DNA of 64,000 bases from the human T2T-CHM13v2.0 reference genome, Homo sapiens: the NCBI RefSeq assembly GCF_009914755.1, contig NC_060932.1; one strand, written 5' to 3'. Shown one piece after another: positions 8,448 through 21,901 of the stretch (positions are counted from its first letter, which is position 1; the number at the start of each line of letters is the position of its first letter). The notes beneath the pieces are model-generated. The model saw only the letters and a program-made list of their open reading frames with translations, was not told the origin of the DNA and did not search any database. Both the position numbers and the translations under genes were made by a program.

Positions 8448-9598
8448 GCAGCCTGGAAAGCGGAGGTCCCTCTCTGCCCCTTCCTCCGTCGTCCTGGATG
8501 CTGCATCGCTTCCAGCCGGGCTGCTGCAGCACCTGCCCATCTCAGCGCCAGCCTGGGAAAGAACGTAGACGTGTAATTTCAGGTTAGTTTCGCTGAACAA
8601 TTGTTTGTTTCACGCAATCCTTGAGGGGTATTTGCGGGGGGTGTGGGGGAGGAAGAGACAAAGGAGGCCGAAAGAAACCGATCACACTGGGGCTTGCTGG
8701 TGGGGTAGGATGTGTTCTCGTTACTAGTAATTCTTGGAACAGAAAACGAGAAAACATATCCGTCTCCACGTGTGGGAGAAGACCAAGATGGGAATGCGAA
8801 AAGAAATGTACTGCAGCATGCTGAATTGATGGGTAAATGGAAAAAGAACTTTGGAAAAAAGGGGGGTTTGCCCTTCAGCCATGTAAGACGTCGATACGAT
8901 ACGGCACTTCTTCCCCGTTTGTTCAGATGAATTCGTGTGGTGTGCGTAAAATACCAGGAAAATAAATAAAGAGGGGCTGGAGCTAAAGCCAAAAGATAGA
9001 ACAGGAAAGACCATCACCTGCTAGTGCGGTAGAGAGGAAGGTAACTTCTCTGTATGAATTTGTGTTTGGAAGTTGCCTAATGAAATGGCAAGAGTAGCGA
9101 TTCAAGTTGTCACAGGAAGCAACCCTTATCCGTGACTTCAAGCAGACCTGCCAAAGGGTGGCACACGCCATGCCCTGTGTCTTCGATCATTCTGTCCGTC
9201 AAGGGAGATAGAATCACCGTGTCTTCTACCGGAGTGAATCGTGAGAGACCTAAGTCCAGTCTCCAGAATCAGTTGTTTGTTTGGGGTTGAAAGCTCAACC
9301 CCCCATACCTAGGCCACGGGCCCTGTGGCAGGTGGGGTTTACTCTTGGACTAGGTAGTCATGGCAGAGGAACACACAATATCCGAGGATGCGCACAGCAC
9401 ATTGTGTTCTACAGATTTGACCGACTGGTGGTGAGGTCTCCTCATGACCACACAGGCAGGGAGTTAGCAGGTGGCTTCCTGTGGGTGTGTGAATATCCAA
9501 CGTGCTTAACCATCGACATGTGTGTGTTTGTGTGTGTTTCAGGTGGCCCAACAGTCCACCCCTGAAAAAGGCGGTCATAAAACCCCCAGGAGACGAAG

Positions 9599-12500
9599 AT
9601 GATGGCACGTCGGGACCCCAAATCTTGGGCCAAGAGACTGGTGAGAGCCCAGACCCTCCAGAAGCAGCGGAGGGCCCCAGTTGGGCCAAGGGCTCCCCCG
9701 CCCGATGAAGAAGATCCCAGGGTAAGTCTAGCCCTGGATATCTTGGGTATCGGGGTGGGGGTGGGGACGGGGGGAGGGGGTGTCCCACGGTCCTCAGAGA
9801 CTGGGTTGGATTCCAAAGAGTTCTGTCACCACCAGCCAGGTTGCTTTTCCCATCCAAGGTGGGCGTGGCTTGGGACCTTCTCCCCGGCCCGATAGGTCCC
9901 TTGAGAGACTCTTGGGGGCAACCTCCCTTTCTACTTAGAGTCCTGTGTAGCCACGTTTGGCTGCGTTGTTGACATCGGCTTCACCATCGTGCCCCTTGGA
10001 ACCTTGAGTCCTTCCTTTCAGAGTTCCTCCGTCACATGGGCTTTGCGAGGGAACATCGTATCCGAAGTCTCCCAGCACTTAACGGCCCCCATGCCGGTGT
10101 CCCCTCTTTGGAATCCTTATTCAGCTCTGAATTCACAATCCGTCCCAATGTTGACGTGGGATCGCTGCCTGTGGCTTCAGCTCACTCACTGACATCACTT
10201 CCTTTCCACCCACAGCTCAAGTGCAAAAACTGCGGGGCCTTTGGCCACACGGCCAGAAGTACCAGGTGCCCCATGAAGTGCTGGAAGGCAGCCCTGGTTC
10301 CAGCGACCTTGGGGAAAAAGGAAGGGAAGGAAAACCTGAAACCATGGAAGCCCCGGGCTGAAGCCAACCCGGGGCCCTTGAACAAGGATAAGGGAGAGAA
10401 GGAAGAGAGACCAAGGTGAGCAGTGGGAGGGGTTTTCACCACTCTTAGGGTACTGCCTCCTAAGGACATGGTGTCTCTGCACCTGCACACCGTGTGCCTT
10501 TCCGTCTCCGGGCCAGGGAAGGAACGCTGCAGAGAAATAGGCCGGAGCTCCGTGTCCTCCGGGGTTCCACACCCAGGAGCTCCTTGGGCTCTGGGAGATT
10601 CAGGGACGGGGAGAGGCGGGGGCGCTTCGTGCAGGTTCCCCACGACAGCGGGAAAAGCGATGGAATCCAAATCACAGTCCTTAGTTGGGAAGCCTAGAGG
10701 GCCACCTGGAGGATGGGAAGGTTGGCACGTGAGGGAAGGTGCAGAGGCGGAAAGGGCACCAGATGTCCATTTCTGTATCACAAAACACGGAATGGGGCTG
10801 GGCCCCAGACGGGGTTCTCCCTGTCTCCTGGGGAAAACCAGGGGGCACGGCCTGACCTTCTTCTGTTCTGCAGGCAACAAGACCCGCAGAGGAAGGCTCT
10901 CCTCCACATGTTTTCCGGGAAACCTCCAGAGAAGCCGCTGCCGAATGGAAAAGGATCCACGGAATCTTCTGATTATCTGAGGGCGAGTGTCACCCCGGGC
11001 CCCTGGTCTTTTTCTCCTCTAGGTCACCCTGGTTGATTTCCTTTCAGCTTCCCGTCTGCGGGAGGAAATCGGGGAACCCCTCTTTCTTGCCTTCTTGGGG
11101 TCAGGGACTCCACGATCCTTCCAGGTCAATTGGATTCCAGGCGAAGGCATCTGAACATGCCGTATTTCCTGTTGCTTTCTTTCTGTCCAATTATGGCAAG
11201 CCTGCCAACAACACGTTCCTAGAGGCATGAGGAAATTAGTCCCTCAGAGGCCCCAAACGTGGAGAAGGCGAAACCCAGGAACATGCATGTGTTCAGAGAA
11301 GACGTCCCGAGTACCCTTGAGCCAGCAACCTGCCTTGGGAAGGGCATTAGTCCGTTCCACTTCATGGAAGGCTGAGTGGAGGCGCTTTGATCCAGTTAAT
11401 GCCCAAGACGCGATCTTTTGAACAATGGTGTGCTTAGATCAGCTACACATAGCTCGAGAGCGCATCTTTCATGTGTCTTGTCCTGATCAGCACTCAGGTG
11501 GAGGGTCTGTCCCTACTTCCAAGGACCGCCTGTCGATACTGTACTAAGAATTTCATGGCGTGTGCACCTTGTCTTTGGATGTGCTTGATTTTCACGTTGG
11601 CTCCATGCTGAGTAACTTCTAACCTGTGTTGTTTCCTCTCTTTCAGGTTGCAAGCGGGCCAATGCCGGTCCACACAACCAGTAAGAGGCCGCGCTTGGAC
11701 CCTGTCCTCGCTGATCGCTCCGCAACCGAAATGTCTGGCAGGGGCTCCGTCTTGGCTTCACTGTCTCCCCTCAGAAAAGCCAGCCTGAGCTCCTCCTCAA
11801 GTCTTGGACCAAAGGAAAGACAGACTGGGGCTGCGGCCGACATGCCTCAGCCTGCAGTCAGGCACCAGGGCCGCGAGCCTCTCCTCGTGGTGAAGCCGAC
11901 ACACAGCCGCCCCGAGGGTGGCTGCCGAGAAGTTCCCCAGGCTGCCTCCAAAACCCACGGCCTGCTCCAGGCCGCCAGACCCCAGGCACAAGACAAACGT
12001 CCTGCGGTGACCTCACAGCCCTGCCCGCCAGCCGCCACACACAGCTTGGGCCTAGGCTCCAATCTCAGCTTCGGGCCAGGAGCCAAGAGACCTGCCCAGG
12101 CTCCGATTCAGGCTTGCCTGAACTTCCCCAAGAAACCGAGACTGGGTCCCTTCCAGATCCCCGAAAGCGCCATCCAGGGAGGTGAGCTGGGGACCCCGGA
12201 GAATCTCCAACCTCCGCCAGCCGCAACCGAACTTGGACCAAGTACGTCGCCCCAGATGGGCAGGAGGACACCGGCCCAGGTGCCCAGCGTCGACCGGCAG
12301 CCTCCGCACAGCAGACCTTGCCTGCCTACTGCCCAGGCCTGCACCATGTCCCATCACTCAGCGGCCGGCCATGATGGGGCCCAGCCTCTCAGAGTGCTCT
12401 TCCGGAGACTGGAAAACGGACGCTGGAGCTCCAGCCTCCTGGCGGCCCCCTCATTTCACTCTCCTGAGAAGCCGGGAGCCTTTCTCGCTCAGAGCCCTCA

Positions 12501-12609
12501 TGTGTCAGAGAAGTCTGAGGCTCCCTGTGTTCGTGTCCCACCGAGCGTCCTCTATGAGGACCTTCAGGTTTCCTCCTCCTCAGAGGACAGCGATTCTGAC
12601 CTGGAGTGA
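9599..12609 (+). CDS. FAM90A: FAM90A copy 2, 464 aa; exons 9599-9721, 10216-10415, 10874-10982, 11647-12609
   Basis: As copy 1; open frame; GC donor at 10983. Confidence 0.93.
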
Positions 12610-13223
12610 GACTGCAGGTGGCAGGGGCTCCTTGGCCTCCAGCTCCCGTGACTTGGAGGGGACTGTGGGACTGAGGAGCGCAGAGCAGAGAGCACACTCT
12701 GTGCGGTGACTCCGAAGCTCCCCGGCTGTGGCGCTTCTGTGGATGTGGGAGCCCAGGCCAGGCAGGGAGCAGATGCAGGGACTCTGCCTCATTGAATTCT
12801 GGTGAGGGACGTTGTAGTTGGCGTGGTTCTCCCGAAACGCGCCAGGAAAAGCTTCCGTGCCAGAGATTCGTTGCCTCAGAAACTGCGTGACGCGCAGGAG
12901 TCAGACTTCCGCTGGGACGTCAATAGGAAACTGGGGAATTACTGTGTATTTGCTGTCTAGATGACTGAATAAGGGAAAAGTTAGGGAACCCTGAGAGGTG
13001 CAGCCCTTCCGCTGTGCCCCGCCCTGAGAGCAGTGTTTCGGACGCTGGGAAGCGTGCTGTGCGAAGCGCTCTCGGGGTCTTTCCTCAGCCTCGAAAACTG
13101 GGCTCTGGAATGCCTTTGTACATATGTGTGTTTAATGTGTTTTGAAGTGAATAAAATTCTCAAAAAGATGACATATTGTCTTTTGACTCTCATTCCGTGT
13201 TTGTGTGTAACTGATTTTCCAAG

Positions 13224-14255
13224 TGAAGGGGTGGCCTGCCCCTCCACACCTGTGGGTGTTTCTAGTCGGGTGGGATGAGAGACGGAGAAAAGAAATAAGA
13301 CACAGAGACAAAGTATAGGGAGACAACAGTGGGTCCAGGGGACAGGCACTCAGCACACCTAGGACCTGCACCGGCACCGGCCTCTGAGTTCCCTCAGTTT
13401 TTATTGATTATGATTTTCATTATTTCAGCACAAAGGAATGCAGTAGGGGAGCAGGGTGATAATAAGGGGAAGGTCAACAACAACAACAAAAAACAAACAC
13501 GTGAGCAAAAGAATCCATATCATTATTAAGTTCAAGGGAAGGTACTATGCCTGGACGTGCACGTAGGCCAGATTTATGTTTCTCTCCACACAAATATCTC
13601 AGCGGAGTAAAGAAAGCAAGGCAGCATTACTGCCAACATGTCTCACCTCCCGCCACAGGGCAGCTTTTCTCCGAGCTCAGAGTTGAACAAATGTACGATC
13701 GGGCTTTACACCGAGACATTCAGTTCCCAGGGGCAAGCAGGAGACAGTGGCCTTCCTCCATCTGAACTGCAAGAGGCGTTCCTCTTTGACTAATCCACCT
13801 CAGCACAGACCCATTGCAGGTGTCAGGCTGGGGGACATTCAGGACTTTCCCATCCCACGAGGCCATATTTCAGACTGTCACATGGGGAGAAACCTTGGAC
13901 AATACCCTGCTTTCAAGGGCAGAGGTCCCTGTGGCTTTCCACGGTACATTGCGCCCCTGGTTTATTGAGACTAGAGAATGGCAATGACTTCTACCAAGTA
14001 TACTGCTCGTAAACATTTGGTTAACAAGGCGCGTCCTGCACAGCCCTAGATCCCTTAAACCTCGATTTTATACAACACAGGTTTTTGTGAGCTCCAAGTT
14101 GGGTCAAAGGAAGGGGCTGCGGCAAAGCTACAAATGATCAACATCTCAGTAAAGCAATTGTTTAAAGTACAGGTCTTTTTCAAAATGGAGTCTCTTATGT
14201 CTTCCCCTTCTACATAGACACAGTGACAGTCTGATCTCTCTTTCTTTACCCTACA
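13224..14255 (-). mobile_element. Solo LTR5A-like LTR, unit 2
   Basis: As unit 1; TSD TCCAAG. Confidence 0.9.
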
Positions 14256-16003
14256 TCCAAGGGCTTGAACATTTCTTGACTTGTTGGCAATCCAAATCGT
14301 TACGTCTCCGAAACAGAGTTGACTGAGGGGACCGCAGGGCTGGGCAGGACCTTTGACTTCCTATACATCCACAGGAGCAAGAAAACCTCAGCCCCACTCT
14401 ACCAACACGCACCTAGTAAAATTCCGCCAACCGAATCTCACGCACGCTAACACGTGGGGAGCGTTGCTTGCACCACGAGTCCCCATTTGGCTCAACCGCC
14501 GATGCCAAGTGTGTGGTTCCAGTTGCGACGGCCCCCCGTGAAGTGGCTTCCGGATGTGCGAAGGAACCAGGCAGAGTTTCACTGGCCAAATAGACCCCAG
14601 CAAAGCTGAAGTTAACTCCCACATTTGGGATGTACTTCAGAGGTAAAACATTCATCCCGTCTTCTTTCCGGATGTCTGACACCATGGTTCTCCCCCTGAT
14701 CCTAAGAGTAGCTGAGGCAGAGACTCACTAAAAGATCTAGGCGGGGATATCCCATCATGCACAGGCTCTCTCCATTCTCTGACCTGGGACCAACTCTCAG
14801 TAGGATTCCACATCTAGGAGGCCTCGGAACTCAGCGGGATTTTCTGAGACACACCAACTGGCTGCTCCCTCTCCGCCGCTGTTGAGGGTCGTTATCTTGA
14901 TTATCCAGATCAACTAGAAAGTATCCGTATCCAGAATGAATAAGATCAACTCTCTGCTCCTCTGACAGCAGAAGGAGCAGGACCGTAAGGAACCAAAGAG
15001 CGTGGAAGGAAACGATGTGACAGGAAAGCTCAGAGAACGGCCACAGGGGGTCTTCAGCAGGCCTTCCAACCTGAATCATGAATAATTAATGAAGCGCAAA
15101 TCAAAGGGGACTCGAGTTTCAGCAGGAGCAATTCATCCAACGGGAGATCGCCGGAGGGCCAACAAGATTGAGTGACTGGGAGCCGGGTGCAGTGTCAAAG
15201 GGGACGCGACTGGTTCCAAAGCTCGAGAAGACCATGGGGTCACTTGGGCTACATGAGAAAACGCCCCAGTGTGCTGGTTCATCATTCCGACTCCTGCCTG
15301 TCTCTTCCCGTCCAAGGAACATGGACCCTAAGTCGTGCAGGTGCGGATGACCATGGGCAGAATTAGGGGCCGTGGCACAAAAGTTCACCGACACGGGAGT
15401 TCCACAGAAGGTGCGGTGGATCTTCGCAAATCCAGAGACATGGCAATGGGACCCAGGGAATTAGAGCCTCACAGGCGTCCGGGAGACTTTTCAGGCATAA
15501 TGCCTGGAGTCGCAAGACGAGCTGAAAAAGGAGCCAGGCACTGAAGGACAAAGCGTTGTTGACTTTCCTCATCTGTGTTTCCCAGTGCGGTCCAATTCAC
15601 GGTGGTTTCCAAGCGCCTCCTGGGGGAGAAAACACATGAGGGTGCGGTCAGGGTTCTCTGCTGACAGACTTACCTTGGGGAAGAAAGAGAAGCTCTGAAG
15701 ATGGATCATGGCCGTGACTGCATGTCAAGGAGAGTCTCCTTGATGACACTGAGGCCTACGTCGAGATAGACAAAATGTGGTCCAATTAAAAGGTGTCTAT
15801 TTTACCACATTTTTTAAAACAAAACAAAACAAAACAACAAAAAAGATGGAAAAGAAGACAGGGGTACAGGCACCAGTGTTACATGTCTGACGGGGAACAT
15901 CTATTGTTCAAAGCTTGCAGCTGTACAAGTAGGTTTTAGAATGTCTGTCAGCAGTGGACATGATCTTAGAGTGGGCTGTGCAGATAGACCTTTCCAGGTC
16001 ATG

Positions 16004-16093
16004 TAATTGGATTAAGTTAATTGCAATTAAGGTACAGGTAACTGATTAGGTTAGGGTACGTTCCATGTCAGGTGACCAGAGGCAGTATAAAAG
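16004..16093 (+). promoter_or_regulatory. FAM90A promoter, unit 3
   Basis: Same motif cluster as 712-801. Confidence 0.7.
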
Positions 16094-17244
16094 GCAGCCT
16101 GGAAAGCGGAGGTCCCTCTCTGCCCCTTCCTCCGTCGTCCTGGATGCTGCATCGCTTCCAGCCGGGCTGCTGCAGCACCTGCCCATCTCAGCGCCAGCCT
16201 GGGAAAGAACGTAGACGTGTAATTTCAGGTTAGTTTCGCTGAACAATTGTTTGTTTCACGCAATCCTTGAGGGGTATTTGCGGGGGGTGTGGGGGAGGAA
16301 GAGACAAAGGAGGCCGAAAGAAACCGATCACACTGGGGCTTGCTGGTGGGGTAGGATGTGTTCTCGTTACTAGTAATTCTTGGAACAGAAAACGAGAAAA
16401 CATATCCGTCTCCACGTGTGGGAGAAGACCAAGATGGGAATGCGAAAAGAAATGTACTGCAGCATGCTGAATTGATGGGTAAATGGAAAAAGGACTTTGG
16501 AAAAAAGGGGGGTTTGCCCTTCAGCCATGTAAGACGTCGATACGATACGGCACTTCTTCCCCGTTTGTTCAGATGAATTCGTGTGGTGTGCGTAAAATAC
16601 CAGGAAAATAAATAAAGAGGGGCTGGAGCTAAAGCCAAAAGATAGAACAGGAAAGACCATCACCTGCTAGTGCGGTAGAGAGGAAGGTAACTTCTCTGTA
16701 TGAATTTGTGTTTGGAAGTTGCCTAATGAAATGGCAAGAGTAGCGATTCAAGTTGTCACAGGAAGCATCCCTTATCCGTGACTTCAAGCAGACCTGCCAA
16801 AGGGTGGCACACGCCATGCCCTGTGTCTTCGATCATTCTGTCCGTCAAGGGAGATAGAATCACCGTGTCTTCTACCGGAGTGAATCGTGAGAGACCTAAG
16901 TCCAGTCTCCAGAATCAGTTGTTTGTTTGGGGTTGAAAGCTCAACCCCCCATACCTAGGCCACGGGCCCTGTGGCAGGTGGGGTTTACTCTTGGACTAGG
17001 TAGTCATGGCAGAGGAACACACAATATCCGAGGATGCGCACAGCACATTGTGTTCTACAGATTTGACCGACTGGTGGTGAGGTCTCCTCATGACCACACA
17101 GGCAGGGAGTTAGCAGGTGGCTTCCTGTGGGTGTGTGAATATCCAACGTGCTTAACCATCGACATGTGTGTGTTTGTGTGTGTTTCAGGTGGCCCAACAG
17201 TCCACCCCTGAAAAAGGCGGTCATAAAACCCCCAGGAGACGAAG

Positions 17245-20200
17245 ATGATGGCACGTCGGGACCCCAAATCTTGGGCCAAGAGACTGGTGAGAGCCCAGAC
17301 CCTCCAGAAGCAGCGGAGGGCCCCAGTTGGGCCAAGGGCTCCCCCGCCCGATGAAGAAGATCCCAGGGTAAGTCTAGCCCTGGATCTCTTGGGTATCGGG
17401 GTGGGGGTGGGGACGGGGGGAGGGGGTGTCCCACGGTCCTCAGAGACTGGGTTGGATTCCAAAGAGTTCTGTCACCACCAGCCAGGTTGCTTTTCCCATC
17501 CAAGGTGGGCGTGGCTTGGGACCTTCTCCCCGGCCCGATAGGTCCCTTGAGAGACTCTTGGGGGCAACCTCCCTTTCTACTTAGAGTCCTGTGTAGCCAC
17601 GTTTGGCTGCGTTGTTGACATCGGCTTCACCATCGTGCCCCTTGGAACCTTGAGTCCTTCCTTTCAGAGTTCCTCCGTCACATGGGCTTTGCGAGGGAAC
17701 ATCGTATCCGAAGTCTCCCAGCACTTAACGGCCCCCATGCCGGTGTCCCCTCTTTGGAATCCTTATTCAGCTCTGAATTCACAATCCGTCCCAATGTTGA
17801 CGTGGGATCGCTGCCTGTGGCTTCAGCTCACTCACTGACATCACTTCCTTTCCACCCACAGCTCAAGTGCAAAAACTGCGGGGCCTTTGGCCACACGGCC
17901 AGAAGTACCAGGTGCCCCATGAAGTGCTGGAAGGCAGCCCTGGTTCCAGCGACCTTGGGGAAAAAGGAAGGGAAGGAAAACCTGAAACCACGGAAGCCCC
18001 GGGGTGAAGCCAACCCGGGGCCCTTGAACAAGGATAAGGGAGAGAAGGAAGAGAGACCAAGGTGAGCAGTGGGAGGGGTTTTCACCACTCTTAGGGTACG
18101 GCCTCCTAAGGACATGGTGCCTCTGCACCTGCACACCGTGTGCCTTTCCGTCTCCGGGCCAGGGAAGGAACGCTGCAGAGAAATAGGCCGGAGCTCCGTG
18201 TCCTCCGGGGTTCCACACCCAGGAGCTCCTTGGGCTCTGGGAGATTCAGGGACGGGGAGAGGCGGGGGCGCTTCGTGCAGGTTCCCCACGACAGCGGGAA
18301 AAGCGATGGAATCCAAATCACAGTCCTTAGCTGGGAAGCCTAGAGGGCCACCTGGAGGATGGGAAGGTTGGCACGTGAGGGAAGGTGCAGAGGCGGAAAG
18401 GGCACCAGATGTCCATTTCTGTATCACAAAACACGGAATGGGGCTGGGCCCCAGACGGGGTTCTCCCTGTCTCCTGGGGAAAACCAGGGGGCACGGCCTG
18501 ACCTTCTTCTGTTCTGCAGGCAACAAGACCCGCAGAGGAAGGCTCTCCTCCACATGTTTTCCGGGAAACCTCCAGAGAAGCCGCTGCCGAATGGAAAAGG
18601 ATCCACGGAATCTTCTGATTATCTGAGGGCGAGTGTCACCCCGGGCCCCTGGTCTTTTTCTCCTCTAGGTCACCCTGGTTGATTTCCTTTCAGCTTCCCG
18701 TCTGCGGGAGGAAATCGGGGAACCCCTCTTTCTTGCCTTCTTGGGGTCAGGGACTCCACGATCCTTCCAGGTCAATTGGATTCCAGGCGAAGGCATCTGA
18801 ACATGCCGTATTTCCTGTTGCTTTCTTTCTGTCCAATTATGGCAAGCCTGCCAACAACACGTTCCTAGCGGCATGAGGAAATTAGTCCCTCAGAGGCCCC
18901 AAACGTGGAGAAGGCGAAACCCAGGAACATGCATGTGTTCAGAGAAGACGTCCCGAGTACCCTTGAGCCAGCAACCTGCCTTGGGAAGGGCATTAGTCCG
19001 TTCCACTTCATGGAAGGCTGAGTGGAGGCGCTTTGATCCAGTTAATGCCCAAGACGCGATCTTTTGAACAATGGTGTGCTTAGATCAGCTACACATAGCT
19101 CGAGAGCGCATCTTTCATGTGTCTTGTCCTGATCAGCACTCAGGTGGAGGGTCTGTCCCTACTTCCAAGGACCGCCTGTCGATACTGTACTAAGAATTTC
19201 ATGGCGTGTGCACCTTGTCTTTGGATGTGCTTGATTTTCACGTTGGCTCCATGCTGAGGAACTTCTAACCTGTGTTGTTTCCTCTCTTTCAGGTTGCAAG
19301 CGGGCCAATGCCGGTCCACACAACCAGTAAGAGGCCGCGCTTGGACCCTGTCCTCGCTGATCGCTCCGCAACCGAAATGTCTGGCAGGGGCTCCGTCTTG
19401 GCTTCACTGTCTCCCCTCAGAAAAGCCAGCCTGAGCTCCTCCTCAAGTCTTGGACCAAAGGAAAGACAGACTGGGGCTGCGGCCGACATGCCTCAGCCTG
19501 CAGTCAGGCACCAGGGCCGCGAGCCTCTCCTCGTGGTGAAGCCGACACACAGCCGCCCCGAGGGTGGCTGCCGAGAAGTTCCCCAGGCTGCCTCCAAAAC
19601 CCACGGCCTGCTCCAGGCCGCCAGACCCCAGGCACAAGACAAACGTCCTGCGGTGACCTCACAGCCCTGCCCGCCAGCCGCCACACACAGCTTGGGCCTA
19701 GGCTCCAATCTCAGCTTCGGGCCAGGAGCCAAGAGACCTGCCCAGGCTCCGATTCAGGCTTGCCTGAACTTCCCCAAGAAACCGAGACTGGGTCCCTTCC
19801 AGATCCCCGAAAGCGCCATCCAGGGAGGTGAGCTGGGGACCCCGGAGAATCTCCAACCTCCGCCAGCCGCAACCGAACTTGGACCAAGTACGTCGCCCCA
19901 GATGGGCAGGAGGACACCGGCCCAGGTGCCCAGCGTCGACCGGCAGCCTCCGCACAGCAGACCTTGCCTGCCTACTGCCCAGGCCTGCACCATGTCCCAT
20001 CACTCAGCGGCCGGCCATGATGGGGCCCAGCCTCTCAGAGTGCTCTTCCGGAGACTGGAAAACGGACGCTGGAGCTCCAGCCTCCTGGCGGCCCCCTCAT
20101 TTCACTCTCCTGAGAAGCCGGGAGCCTTTCTCGCTCAGAGCCCTCATGTGTCAGAGAAGTCTGAGGCTCCCTGTGTTCGTGTCCCACCGAGCGTCCTCTA

Positions 20201-20255
20201 TGAGGACCTTCAGGTTTCCTCCTCCTCAGAGGACAGCGATTCTGACCTGGAGTGA
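17245..20255 (+). CDS. FAM90A: FAM90A copy 3, 464 aa; exons 17245-17367, 17862-18061, 18520-18628, 19293-20255
   Basis: As copy 1; open frame; GC donor at 18629. Confidence 0.93.
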
Positions 20256-20869
20256 GACTGCAGGTGGCAGGGGCTCCTTGGCCTCCAGTTCCCGTGACTT
20301 GGAGGGGACTGTGGGACTGAGGAGCGCAGAGCAGAGAGCACACTCTGTGCGGTGACTCCGAAGCTCCCCGGCTGTGGCGCTTCTGTGGATGTGGGAGCCC
20401 AGGCCAGGCAGGGAGCAGATGCAGGGACTCTGCCTCATTGAATTCTGGTGAGGGACGTTGTAGTTGGCGTGGTTCTCCCGAAACGCGCCAGGAAAAGCTT
20501 CCGTGCCAGAGATTCGTTGCCTCAGAAACTGCGTGACGCGCAGGAGTCAGACTTCCGCTGGGACGTCAATAGGAAACTGGGGAATTACTGTGTATTTGCT
20601 GTCTAGATGACTGAATAAGGGAAAAGTTAGGGAACCCTGAGAGGTGCAGCCCTTCCGCTGTGCCCCGCCCTGAGAGCAGTGTTTCGGACGCTGGGAAGCG
20701 TGCTGTGCGAAGCGCTCTCGGAGTCTTTCCTCAGCCTCGAAAACTGGGCTCTGGAATGCCTTTGTACATATGTGTGTTTAATGTGTTTTGAAGTGAATAA
20801 AATTCTCAAAAAGATGACATATTGTCTTTTGACTCTCATTCCGTGTTTGTGTGTAACTGATTTTCCAAG

Positions 20870-21901
20870 TGAAGGGGTGGCCTGCCCCTCCACACCTGTG
20901 GGTGTTTCTAGTCGGGTGGGATGAGAGACGGAGAAAAGAAATAAGACACAGAGACAAAGTATAGGGAGACAACAGTGGGTCCAGGGGACAGGCACTCAGC
21001 ACACCTAGGACCTGCACCGGCACCGGCCTCTGAGTTCCCTCAGTTTTTATTGATTATGATTTTCATTATTTCAGCACAAAGGAATGCAGTAGGGGAGCAG
21101 GGTGATAATAAGGGGAAGGTCAACAACAACAACAAAAAACAAACACGTGAGCAAAAGAATCCATATCATTATTAAGTTCAAGGGAAGGTACTATGCCTGG
21201 ACGTGCACGTAGGCCAGATTTATGTTTCTCTCCACACAAATATCTCAGCGGAGTAAAGAAAGCAAGGCAGCATTACTGCCAACATGTCTCACCTCCCGCC
21301 ACAGGGCAGCTTTTCTCCGAGCTCAGAGTTGAACAAATGTACGATCGGGCTTTACACCGAGACATTCAGTTCCCAGGGGCAAGCAGGAGACAGTGGCCTT
21401 CCTCCATCTGAACTGCAAGAGGCGTTCCTCTTTGACTAATCCACCTCAGCACAGACCCATTGCAGGTGTCAGGCTGGGGGACATTCAGGACTTTCCCATC
21501 CCACGAGGCCATATTTCAGACTGTCACATGGGGAGAAACCTTGGACAATACCCTGCTTTCAAGGGCAGAGGTCCCTGTGGCTTTCCACGGTACATTGCGC
21601 CCCTGGTTTATTGAGACTAGAGAATGGCAATGACTTCTACCAAGTATACTGCTCGTAAACATTTGGTTAACAAGGCGCGTCCTGCACAGCCCTAGATCCC
21701 TTAAACCTCGATTTTATACAACACAGGTTTTTGTGAGCTCCAAGTTGGGTCAAAGGAAGGGGCTGCGGCAAAGCTACAAATGATCAACATCTCAGTAAAG
21801 CAATTGTTTAAAGTACAGGTCTTTTTCAAAATGGAGTCTCTTATGTCTTCCCCTTCTACATAGACACAGTGACAGTCTGATCTCTCTTTCTTTACCCTAC
21901 A
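20870..21901 (-). mobile_element. Solo LTR5A-like LTR, unit 3
   Basis: As unit 1; TSD TCCAAG. Confidence 0.9.

Noticed and set aside
5578-14255. Adjacent LTRs as the two ends of a provirus
   Set aside because: Each LTR has its own identical TSD on both sides, and I see no gag, pol or env similarity between them.
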